The position numbers and the translations under genes were made by a program. DNA of 64,000 bases from Eledone cirrhosa (lineage: Eukaryota), in assembly GCA_964016885.1 (NCBI GenBank), contig OZ024762.1, forward strand, positions 23,498,001-23,562,000, read 5' to 3'. Below are positions 43,522 through 54,720 of this stretch, in pieces; positions within the stretch are counted from its first letter, which is position 1, and every line of letters begins with the position of its first letter. The notes beneath the pieces are model-generated. The model made no database searches, was not told the DNA's origin, and worked only from the letters and a program-made list of their open reading frames with translations.

Positions 43522-43557
43522 CCTCCGAAGAAGAGGATATTATCTCGAAAATTAAGG
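43522..43557 (+). ncRNA. Hammerhead-like motif in the PLE pseudo-LTR, core variant CCGAAGA
   Basis: CCT-CCGAAGA-A-GAG[GATATTAT]CTC-GAAA-AT-TA-AGG; the same variant is in the inverted arm. Confidence 0.6.
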
Positions 43558-43674
43558 ACATTTAAATAAATTCAAGGTGAAAGACGAATTCACATCAATA
43601 TCTTTCACTATTGCATTCTTTTTTCTCTATGTCCATAACCTGCATTGTCTTGGCCTTATTACACATATTCTAAC

Positions 43675-43710
<36 letters not shown>

Positions 43711-43945
43711 CGAAGGGAAATGTGGTAAGGAACCAAGTGGACCATAAACGCACCAAAGTACTCAATACTTTAGGGTAGTAGCAGTGGGTAATAGGAACGA
43801 GTTTGGACCCCGACGGCTGAGCTCAAGCCGTTTCGACGGGCAAATTCTGGACTAAATGAAAATTAGTCCAGAATTTAGTCCAGAATTTGCCGTCGAAACG
43901 GCTTGAGCTCAGCCGTCGGTGTCCTACTCGTTTCTTATATATATA

Positions 43946-43983
<38 letters not shown>

Positions 43984-44444
43984 TATCATATATAAGCTAA
44001 CCTCGGTGGGGATTTGAACGCAGAACGTTAGAACGTAAAGGGAAGTAACTCTACAAATACTGATGCCAATCTACCACACTTCACCTCATTTCTTAATAAT
44101 AACTTTTGTATTTTACACGCCGCCTGGTGTTAAACATGGTAATTAATTTTGACACCTTTAATCTAGTGCCATGATTTAGACACAATCAGAAATATGTCAT
44201 ACAATTTAAGAATATGACAAACTTTTCACTTCCGTTTGCATTTATATCCACAGGCGTGCGCGTGCGCAAATGCACACACGTTAATACACATACTGCTACA
44301 CATACTGGCACACACTGACACATATATTGGTACATATACATATATATACAGATATATACAGACACATACACTCTCTAACACACACACGTTAATACACACA
44401 CATATACACATACTCTGGCACACACTGACACACATATTGGTACA

Positions 44445-44644
44445 NNNNNNNNNNNNNNNNNNNNNNNNNNNNNNNNNNNNNNNNNNNNNNNNNNNNNNNN
44501 NNNNNNNNNNNNNNNNNNNNNNNNNNNNNNNNNNNNNNNNNNNNNNNNNNNNNNNNNNNNNNNNNNNNNNNNNNNNNNNNNNNNNNNNNNNNNNNNNNNN
44601 NNNNNNNNNNNNNNNNNNNNNNNNNNNNNNNNNNNNNNNNNNNN
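44445..44644. other. Assembly gap (200 N)
   Basis: Run of N. Confidence 1.
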
Positions 44645-44783
44645 ACATATAAATGCACATATATAGACCTATATATATATTAACACACACACATATTCAA
44701 ATATATATATATATAAATATATGTGTATCTATATATATATATGTGTGTGTGTGTCTATATATGTGTGTGTGTGTGTATATATC

Positions 44784-44860
<77 letters not shown>

Positions 44861-45034
44861 GTACGTGTGGAAAACAAAATAATCTACGTGTTCACATATT
44901 CAAATAATTATCAATAAGATTTCATTTTTTAACATTTGTACAATATTCTAATATCTGCAAATGTAGATTAGTTTGATATTTACACCTTAAGAGTATATCT
45001 TGTCTGGAATATTTATATGGTTAAATGTGCATAT

Positions 45035-45071
<37 letters not shown>

Positions 45072-45089
45072 AAAGTTCTATTTAAAATT

Positions 45090-45572
45090 GTTGGGATACA
45101 ACAAGTAAATATTTTATAACTGATATAAAGCACTCGACAAGTTTTTGAAGTAGATATACGATATTAATAAATGGAAACTATATTTATAAAACCATATTTA
45201 TTTCGTTATACATATTTCAGGGATACCAAATTAAAATATGGTATGCCTTCATCAGACAAAATACAATATATAAACAGTTTTATAAATAATTTTGACGTAC
45301 CCTATTAAATGCAACCATTATTTTTGGAAGCTGTCTGGACATAAAACTGTTTATATATTGTATTTTGTCTGATGAAGGCATACCATATTTTAATTTGGTA
45401 TCCCTGAAATATGTATAACGAAATAAATATGGTTTTATAAAGATAGTTTCCATTTATTAATATCGTATATCTACTCCAAAAACTTGTCGAGTGCTTTATA
45501 TCAGTTATAAAATATTTATTTGTTGTATCCCAACATTAATTATTAATTAAATATCCCATTTATTAATATCGT
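45090..45572. mobile_element. Fold-back pseudo-LTR family C with a hammerhead in each arm (45363-45423 +); relatives at 20985-21160, 60600-60810, 62770-62960, 63322-63642
   Basis: ~190-bp inverted arms; TTTTGT-CTGATGA-AGGCATACCA...TGGTATCCCT-GAAA-TATG-TA. Confidence 0.8.
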
Positions 45573-45597
45573 ATATATATATATATATATTTATATA

Positions 45598-46905
45598 CGA
45601 GGTGTGTCAGAAAAATTCCAGGACTGATGTCACAAAAGATTTATTTCAAACCCAAACTTCACACTAAGACTCTTCTCCTTCAAAGTAATCCCCCACCCTG
45701 GAGTCTAATGCACTTTTCCATCCTTTTCTGCCACGTTTGCATGCACTCCTGGAAGGATTCTTCTGGGATCCTCCGCAGTTCCGTCGTCACGGCCTTTTTG
45801 ATGTCGTCCACGTCTACAAAACGGGTCCACTTGTTGACCCCCTTGAGCTTGGGGAATAGGAAAAAATGACATGGAGCCAGGTCGGAGGAGTAGGGAGGTT
45901 GCACCAGCACGGCGATGTTCTTCTCTGCCAAGAACTGTCGGATGCTCAGGGCATTGTGAGCATGCGTGTTGTCATGGTGAAGCAGTCACGAGTTGTCCTG
46001 CCACAACTCTCGCCGCTTCTCACGCACTGAACGAAGCAAACGTTGCAGTATCTCTTTGTAGACATGTTGGTTGATCGTCTGACCCTGTGGCAAGAACTCG
46101 CAGTGGACGATCCCCCTTACATCGAAGAATGTGATCAACATGACCTTGACTTTGGACTTCGACTGTCGTGCTTTCTTCGGCCTTGGCGACGACGGACTCT
46201 TCCACTGAAGGCTCTGGCGTTTGCTTTCTGGATCGTACTCGAAGATCCATGACTCATCACCGGTGATGACTGTCCCTAGCAAGTCTGGTTCGGTTTCAAG
46301 ACGCTCGAGGATGTCCTGGCACACTAGCATGCGTCGACCCTTCTAGTCATCGTTCAGCAGTTTTGGCACCATCTTCGCGCAGACTTCCGCATGTCTAAAT
46401 CTTCAGTGAGAATCTTCCAGACGCTGTCCCGATTCATGCCCTGCTCATTTGCCATCAGTCGAACAGTCAGCCGACGATTGCTACGCACCATCTGCCTGAC
46501 ACGCTCAACGTTGCCCTCGGTCCTGGTTGTTGAGGGCCTTCCGCTCCTGGAGTCATCTTCCACGTCCCCGCGCCCTTCTTTAAACCTCTTGCACCACTCA
46601 AAAACACGTGAGCGTGACATCGTCTCATCTCTGAAGGAGCAATCCCAGTGCTTCTGACGGAGTTTTCCCCAACCGTACCAGAAACTTCAAGTTTGTTCGT
46701 TGCTCTGTGCTCATTGCTTGACGACCTGAAACAGAGGACATGTATATAAAATTATGAAGAAAAAAGTTTGATCGCTGCAGAGAGTTAATATTACAGTTAC
46801 ATACTCCAGGGGGATTACTTTGAAGAAGAAAACTCTTAGTGTGAAGTTTGGGTTTGAAATAAATCTTTTGTGACATCAGTCCTTGAACTTTTCTGACACT
46901 CCACG
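45598..46905 (-). mobile_element. Full-length decayed mariner transposon (1308 bp), TA-flanked, ~100-bp TIRs
   Basis: TA|CGAGGTGTGTCAGAAAA... / ...TTTTCTGACACTCCACG|TA. Confidence 0.95.
45664..46714 (-). pseudogene. Mariner (DD34D-type) transposase pseudogene
   Basis: MSTEQRTNLKFLVRLGKT, DDSRSGRP, TGDESW, HHDN, PPYSSDLAPCHF (third catalytic D reads H); several frameshifts and stops. Confidence 0.95.
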
Positions 46906-47131
46906 TATATATATGCACATTCTAGCAGTCCTTTTCTCACTTACACTCGCTGGAGTCAGTCGTGTCTTTTCGTTCGATCACACGCCCTTGAACTTAAGTT
47001 TTGTTACCGCTGTGGTCTTGGATTTTCTTCCCTTCAGTTGCTTGCACATTCCTCGGTTTGTGTTTTTTCGCTGTTTTCTCTTTTCTTCCATTTTTCCATT
47101 TTCCCTTCTATTTTATTTCTCTCCCTCCTCC

Positions 47132-47238
47132 GTTTTCCCAATAACTTACCCAGGTATTGAACGCTCTGGGGGTTAGATATATTGTCTTTAAAGCGTTGAA
47201 ATATCCGAGACCCCCAGTAGACAACTGATGAGGAAAAC
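47132..47238 (+). ncRNA. Scrambled hammerhead-like motif, divergent copy D
   Basis: GTTTTCC-hairpin-AACGCT-CTGGGGGT-TA-GATAT-A-TTGTCT-TTAA-AGCGTT-GAA-ATATC-CGAG-ACCCCCAG-T-AGACAA-CTGATGA-GGAAAAC. Confidence 0.7.
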
Positions 47239-47630
47239 TCACCCCCCCCCCCCTCGTTCTTGCTTTCTTCGTATTCTCATTCCATTTTTAAGCCTACCTT
47301 ACACAGCCATCCTATTCTCCATATATATATATATATAAACAAATAACGAAACGAAATTAAATTTCGCCTCGTTTGTAACTCACTCTTTTGCATGACTGAC
47401 GCTTAAACAATTAAGTTAAAGATGTACATCCATATATGTATACTGAAATACTAGTATGTATATGAATACACACACGTATACATATGTAGATGTACCAAGT
47501 TTTTTCACTGGTCACTTTACTGTGAGTGGCCAGCCACTCTGTATGTAAACACACAGACAAACCGGTTTTTAGAGTCATACTGGTTTTTGAGGAAACACCT
47601 TTCCTCTATTCTCCAGAAAGCCAGACAAGG

Positions 47631-47675
47631 AATATTGAACTAGTTTCGTTGTTGTTACAACTCATCAGCAATATT
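47631..47675 (-). ncRNA. Minimal type I hammerhead motif
   Basis: AATATTG-CTGATGA-GTTGT[AACA]ACAAC-GAAA-CTAG-TT-CAATATT; palindromic stem III. Confidence 0.85.
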
Positions 47676-47715
47676 TACCTATCTTCCGGCCTCTCTTAAT
47701 TATATATATATATAT

Positions 47716-48326
47716 GAATGAAAAATGGCGTGCTGCGTTTTTGCGGATGTGATACATATGAATTGAAAAATAGAGTAAGAAGCCAGGACTATCCGACATC
47801 AGTGATCTTCTGGCCACCATAGGTATTTCTTCGCATTAAAGACCATATATCTCAGGCCAGCACGAGCAATAACTAAATAAAGTTATTGGGATAAAAATAA
47901 TTGGGTGGAGAAAGAGTGACATGTAAACAAACAAGAATAGTAAAAAAAATCAAGTCAGTGACACAAGTGAGCATAAGATCTGGCGGATCATTGACGAGAA
48001 GACGAAAGACGCATCCAAGCCATGCGAAATGTGAGCGAGAAAAGAATTTCACACGAGTCAGACGGGTGGGAGTGAGAGAGGGTGAGTAGCAGAGAGTGAG
48101 TGATTGTAAGTGTGAGGAAGAGGCTAGTCGAGAGAGGGTGACTAGCAGAGGGGGTGAAGGAAAGTAAGAGGTACAAGGAGAGGGAAGGGAGAGAGAGAAA
48201 GAGGATAGCAGTAAGAGAAGAGAAAGAGACAGGTCACACCGAAGAGAAAAACTATAGGGATGAAAAATGGCGTGCTGCGTTGTTGCAGATGTGATACATA
48301 TGAATTAAAAAATAGTGTAAGAAGCC
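47716..48326 (-). mobile_element. Non-coding ~542-bp retrozyme-like unit with a terminal direct repeat; contains scrambled hammerhead copy C (47790-47893)
   Basis: GAAAAATGGCGTGCTGCG... at 47720 and 48262; (TA)n on both sides. Confidence 0.7.
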
Positions 48327-48699
48327 ATATATATATATATAGGTTATCAAGGTATTGTCTAAGGTAATCCAGTTAAAGGTTGTGAGTACTCTGTACTGTG
48401 GGTAGTTTTAACGTACGGCGTTGTTTGACTCAACAAGGAGTTTCCTTAGTTAGGTGGAGAATACCCATCTAGGTGATTATTGGAGTAACAATAGTGAAAG
48501 AGTGAAGAATAACAGGGTCGGCTGTACAAAAATATATAAAACCCTTTTTGTAGAGCCGTATTCTTCACTCTTTCACTGTATATATATATATACAGTTCTA
48601 GTCCTGTAGAATCTCATCTATATTAAAACTTTTATACTCTGCTATGTATTGAGTACCTTACTTACTGTGGTTACCTCCGATTCAACCCGGAATAACTTA

Positions 48700-48767
<68 letters not shown>

Positions 48768-49255
48768 ATGTTGAGAAGGTAACACACCAGAGAGAGATAC
48801 AGTGCGTTATCAATAATACAGGGAAAAAACCACCAGTGTATGGAATCTATAACCTATGAAAGGCAGACTATAGACACGATAATTAAAAATATAAATTAAA
48901 GCGTAAATAAATACCTTTATAACTATATAACACACGTACAAATCCAAAGATATGTTTCACCAAAAAATTTGTTGAAAGAAATGGTCTAGTCTCGGTTCAT
49001 CAGCGTGTGTAAGTCCATACATTTCAGACAACACTAAGAGAATTTTAAAATTGACTGTCCAGCTACACGTGGGAGAGAGAAGTCACAGCGCGTTTAAGGG
49101 CAGTGAACCAGTGGCCTCTGAGGGACGAACTGCTAGAAAGGGCAGCCAAAAGCCACTCAGAGAAGTGTGCTCAACCAAACAGAGATAGGAAAGACTGTTA
49201 TTAGGAGCGAAATATCACGATAAATTAGCGAGAGCCTATGCCTCCGTTAATTTAT

Positions 49256-49331
<76 letters not shown>

Positions 49332-49335
<4 letters not shown>

Positions 49336-49930
49336 GTAATCTGAGCTTTTCGAATATTAATAATAACATTCGATTCGTTTGCAATTTTGCATACAAGCCT
49401 CAATTTTATAGCCATGTCAGTAGAATGAACACTTCATTCTTGCTCTTGTGTTGGCATGCGAACAGAACTGCAGTCACTAATGTTTCTGGGTATCACCCTT
49501 CATCAGTACAGCTCACTGTTCACCTACCAAACTCACAGAGCTAGTGAAAATATATGCTATTTTCAAAAATACAGTGACTGATCGGCCTGATTTGCATATT
49601 AGCCGACTAGCTGATCAGTCAGATCTGCTAATATGCAAATCAAGCCGATCAGTCACTGTATTTTTGAAAATAGCATATATTTTCACTAGCTCTGAGAGTT
49701 TGGCAGGTAAACAGTGAGCTGTACTGATGAAGGGTGATACCCAGAAACAGTGTCTGCAGTTCTGTTCGCATGCCAACATAAGAGAAAGAATGAAGGGTTC
49801 ATTCTACTGACATGGCTATAAAATGAGGTTTGTTTGCAATATTGCAAACGAATCGAATGTTATTATTAATATTCGAAAAACTCAGATTACATTTATTGTA
49901 TTCAGCCATGTAGAGCGATATTTTTTTTAT
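49332..49930. mobile_element. Fold-back pseudo-LTR with ~270-bp inverted arms and a ~30-bp tail on one arm
   Basis: 49332-49603 vs 49627-49894; (TA)n on both sides. Confidence 0.85.
49719..49759 (+). ncRNA. Type I hammerhead motif
   Basis: CTGTA-CTGATGA-A-GGGT[GAT]ACCC-A-GAAA-C[AGT]G-TC-TGCAG; GUC ends at 49754. Confidence 0.8.
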
Positions 49931-49940
49931 ATATATATAT

Positions 49941-50553
49941 ATTTTTAATGCGATGAAATACCAGTGATGGTTGGCAAATCACTGATGAGGGACTAATTTT
50001 ATAATATGTAACCCATGTGCAACCACGCATGTTTTTTATACATATTTACCTCGACTGCGATTGTCTGTTTCTCTCTTTCTGCTCCCCCGTTCTCTGTTTT
50101 CCTCACCTTCTTTCGCCCCCTCTGTCAGTTACACTTTCTCTCGACTGACCTCTTCCTCGCACTTCCACTCACTCGCTCTCTGTTTCTCCCCTTCTCACTT
50201 CCTCCCGTTCGTTAGTAGTGGGATTCTTTCTTTCTCACATCTCATTCACGTCGGACGGTCTGTTTTCTGACCGCTCATGAAATTCACCCAGTTTATGCTG
50301 ATCGGATAACCATCATGTTGCTTGCTTTTTTCCTACCTTCGGTTTGCTTTTCCTTCTTTGTTGTTTACTTGTCTCACTCGTTTTACGCGATTCACTTGTC
50401 CCAATAGCTTATTTTAGTTATTGCTCGCACCAACCTGAGGTATATGATTTTTAATGCGATGAAATACCAATGATGGTTGGCAAATCACTGATGAGGGACT
50501 AATTTTATAATATGTAACCAATGTGCAACCACGCAGTTTTCCTCTTTCTTCCC

Positions 50554-50560
<7 letters not shown>
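49941..50560 (+). mobile_element. Non-coding ~506-bp retrozyme-like unit with a terminal direct repeat
   Basis: TAATGCGATGAAATACC...GCAACCACGCA at 49946 and 50452; pyrimidine-rich interior; (TA)n flanks. Confidence 0.75.
50398..50499 (+). ncRNA. Scrambled hammerhead-like motif with kink-turn, copy A (best preserved)
   Basis: GTCC-CAATAGCT[TATTTT]AGTTATTG-C-TCGCA-CCAACC-TGA-GGTAT-A-TGATTT-TTAA-TGCGA-T-GAA-ATACC-AATGAT-GGTTGG-C-AAATCA-CTGATGA-G-GGAC. Confidence 0.75.
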
Positions 50561-50622
<62 letters not shown>

Positions 50623-50677
50623 CGAGAGGGAGAGAGAGAGTAGGAAGTCAGTTTTGCAGCTTGTTATGAAAATTGAT

Positions 50678-50767
50678 CGTATATTACAACTGTTTCGATA
50701 TCGATCAGCTCGGGGTTGATCAGGCGATCGGATTCCGATTTTTAATCGATATCTCATCAGATGTGCG
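50678..50767 (-). ncRNA. Type I hammerhead motif with a long branched stem II
   Basis: CTGATGA-GATATCGATT[~37 nt]GATCGATATC-GAAA-CAGTTG-TA; stem I partly eroded. Confidence 0.75.
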
Positions 50768-51287
50768 AGTTTAGATGTTTGGACCAGTGTGTGTGTGTGT
50801 CTGGGTGTAAAATATCTGTATATGTGAAAATGGAAAAAGGAGAGCAGTTTTTTATAGGCAGTGTACTGATAAACATATAGAAGCACCTGGTGACTTTGGT
50901 TCCACGTGTATGAACCCCTGAATAAATAATATATATATATACATAGAAGTATCCACAGTAAGTTGTGGGGTCTATTCTGCATGAAGAACTCGACGTAATC
51001 CATATGTTGAAAATGTTGTAGGTTAAGATAAATCCCGGAAAACAATTAAACATTAAAAGGAAAACAGAGTCATGATATAAGTTAAAACAATGAAATAAAA
51101 AATCAAGTCATTAGAGTATATCTCTAATGACTTGATTTTTTATTTCATTGTATATATATATATATATTTGAAGTAAAAGCAACTGGTGCGTGTGTTCCTT
51201 ATTGGCAACATGACCCTCCCAAAGTATAACAATATCGGTTTCAACACACGTTTTCAGATAAAGAATCTTGCTAAACAAATTCAGAAA

Positions 51288-51373
<86 letters not shown>

Positions 51374-51465
51374 ATGTATATATATATATATATATGTATA
51401 TATGGGTAATATCGAATATTAATAATAATGTTCGATTCGTTTGTAAACACACGGCTCGAAAACAC

Positions 51466-51578
<113 letters not shown>

Positions 51579-52062
51579 CATATATATAAATATATATAGT
51601 AGTCTAACTAATCTAAAACTTGTTATATCCTGATTGCAAGGACTACTTAACGGTTTGTCTTGTTTACACTCTATATTTTCGATTGTTTTTCTTTACTTGG
51701 ATCTCCTTTATTTCTGTTTATCCTTTGTGGTCCTGTCTTTATTTTTTTATCTCCTGAATACGGGCTAAATAAAACGCGATACGTCAAACATTCTTTCCCC
51801 TTTTCCGCGAAACTAATAAGATGTTTTGTACTTCTGTTTGTTGTTTCTTTTAACTATACCTGTTATTTTTCTCTCAAAACCCCAACCGTCCATTCAATCT
51901 ATCTTATTTCTCATTCTTTCTTCTGATGAAGGACTAGCGTACGAAACGTTAGGACCCTCTTCCTGCTATCTCAAGCGTTAACCTAATATATTCCTTCCAT
52001 ATACTATACCGATTGTGTTGTTATTTCTGTTTACCTTCTACATACATACATACATACATACA

Positions 52063-52096
<34 letters not shown>

Positions 52097-52209
52097 CATA
52101 CATACATGCATGCATACATACATGCATACATACATGCATACATACATACATACATACATACATACATACATACATACATACATACATACATACATACATA
52201 CATACATAC

Positions 52210-52757
52210 ATGGTGGCTGTCAACTCGTTTTCGAGTAGGGCCACTACTTTACATCCATGTAGGAGAACCCCTACCGAAGCGCTGAACGAGTGTGACTTTT
52301 TAGTCCAGCCAGCGACTTGAAACCTCTGGTACAAACACTACACTTGTGACAATTATTGACACATAGTGCTGGGCCCATGGTACCATGTGAGGACAAGTGC
52401 AGAGAGATCTCCAGATATAAAGCAATGCCTGTGCCATGAAGCTTTTATAGTGAGCAAAGGCACTGCACAAAGCCAGTCCCACTCTCTTAACCAAGATGAT
52501 ATTTACCAAAAAGAAGAACAAGTCAACATCATTGGATACCATCAGGGTTGCAGGTGTTATATCAGAGTTTTCCTTCTCCTAGAATTCTGCCTTGACAAAG
52601 GCTAAGGGGTCATCTCTCCCGGTGATTTTGGATGGCCATTGACTCTTAAGAGCTCCTTTGCCCTTTGACAGGTTTTGTTTTTAGTCCTGCAGGATGTTTA
52701 CCTTCTACATACATACATACATACATACATACATACATACATACATACATACATACA

Positions 52758-52790
<33 letters not shown>

Positions 52791-53257
52791 GGTGGTTGCC
52801 AACTCGTTTTCGAGTACGGCCACTACTTTATATCCATGTAGGAAAACCCTTACCGATGCGCTGAACGAGTGTGACTTTTTAGTCCGGCCAGCGACTTGAA
52901 AACTCTGGTACAAACACTACACTTGTGACAATTATTGACACATAGTGCTGGGCCCATGGTACCATGTGACGACAAGTGCAGAGAGATCTCCAGATATAAA
53001 GCAATGCCTGTGCCGTGAAGCTTTTATAGTGAGCAAAGGCACTGCACAAAGCCAGTCCACTCTCTTAACCAAGATGATATTTACCAAAAAGAAGAACAAG
53101 TCAACATCATTGGATACCATCAGGGTTGCAGGTGTTATATCAGAGTTTTCCTTCTCCTAGAATTCTGCCTTGACAAAGGCTAAGGGGTCATCTCTCCCGG
53201 TGATTTTGGATGGCCATTTACTCTTAAGAGCTCCTTTGCCCTTTGACAGGTTGTGTT

Positions 53258-53260
<3 letters not shown>
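52210..53260 (-). mobile_element. Two tandem near-identical RTE-like LINE 3' fragments separated and flanked by (CATA)n
   Basis: Period ~579 bp; C2H2-like CSVCTRGFKSLAGLKSHTRS; 3' hairpin ACTCG-AAAA-CGAGT before the (ATGT)n tail, similar to 32200-32230. Confidence 0.75.
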
Positions 53261-53289
<29 letters not shown>

Positions 53290-53299
53290 CATACATACA

Positions 53300-53332
<33 letters not shown>

Positions 53333-53428
53333 GAAGACGTACTGAAAAAACAACACAGTACCTTTGAAATATATATAATAAAGCATATATTTTGATTATG
53401 TGAATATCCTACATTTGTTAATATTTTA

Positions 53429-53501
<73 letters not shown>

Positions 53502-54535
53502 AAAATGTTTGACCCCGACGGCAGAGCTCAAGCCGTTTCGACGGCTATTTCTGGACTAAATTAGAATTTTTAGCGTGGGATATATATATATATAACGAAG
53601 GAAGTGTGGTAAGTAACCAGGTGTACCATAACGCAGAGTACTCAATACTTAGGGTAGTAGGGTGTGTAATAGGAAAAAGTTGGTTGCCAAACGCATATAT
53701 GTATCTGTGACTTTGTCTAATTTATATATATATACCCTTTGAATTTTATATATACTCCCGTATGGTTGAGTAAAACTTTAGGCAGTATTCAACTGCGCTT
53801 TCTAGCCACCAGCCTACTCGCCGACAGGCACCAATCACAAACATTCTGCCTTGACCGCTGGCCAAGTGATGGTTCTTAGCCATTTTGAATTCATTTCTGG
53901 CGGGGATCATGGTAGAAGAATCTTAGTCCAGTCTGGGGTATCTCCTGATGGGTTCTGAGCCTCGTGGATTTATCCAATACCGGATATATCCAAAAAGTGG
54001 AACGAAACCACCGGTTGGTAGACACGATGAGAATTTTGGTAATATTTATGTGCATTTTTTCTTCTAACTTCAATTTTGTACCTAATTCCGTGTAGTTAAC
54101 TATTTGTCTAGTCAATTTCTACAGGCTAGGAGAAATACTAGGTAAATGTCATCGCGGAAATGAACCTGTATCATTTGTCTATCATTTCTTCATAAGTACA
54201 TTTTAAACTTATAGCCTCGTTTAAAAGATTTTTTGTGTGGTTAATTTATACTGATTGGTAGAGGAAATACTGTGTATATGTTATCTAATAATTCTTTGCA
54301 CTTACATATATATATATATATATATATATAGGAACGAGTTGGACCCCGACGGCTGAGCTCAAGCCGTTTCGACGGCTAATTCTGGACTAAAGTCATTTAG
54401 TCCAGAATTAGCCGTCGAAACGGCTTGAGCTCAGCCGTCAGGGTCCAACTCGTTCCTATTACCCACTCTACTACCCTAAGTATTGAGTACTTTGGTGCGT
54501 TATGGTCCACTTGGTTTCTTACCACATTTCCTTCG

Positions 54536-54720
<185 letters not shown>

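Larger units (their letters stand above)
41155..43682 (+). mobile_element. Penelope-like element with inverted pseudo-LTRs (41196-41425 / 43450-43681), between (TA)n tracts
   Basis: ~230-bp inverted arms, the left one with an extra ~40-bp tail; RT-GIY-YIG coding remnant between them. Confidence 0.92.

Noticed and set aside
53700-54300. Unique-looking segment with a 74-aa ORF
   Set aside because: No recognisable motif in the frames I translated
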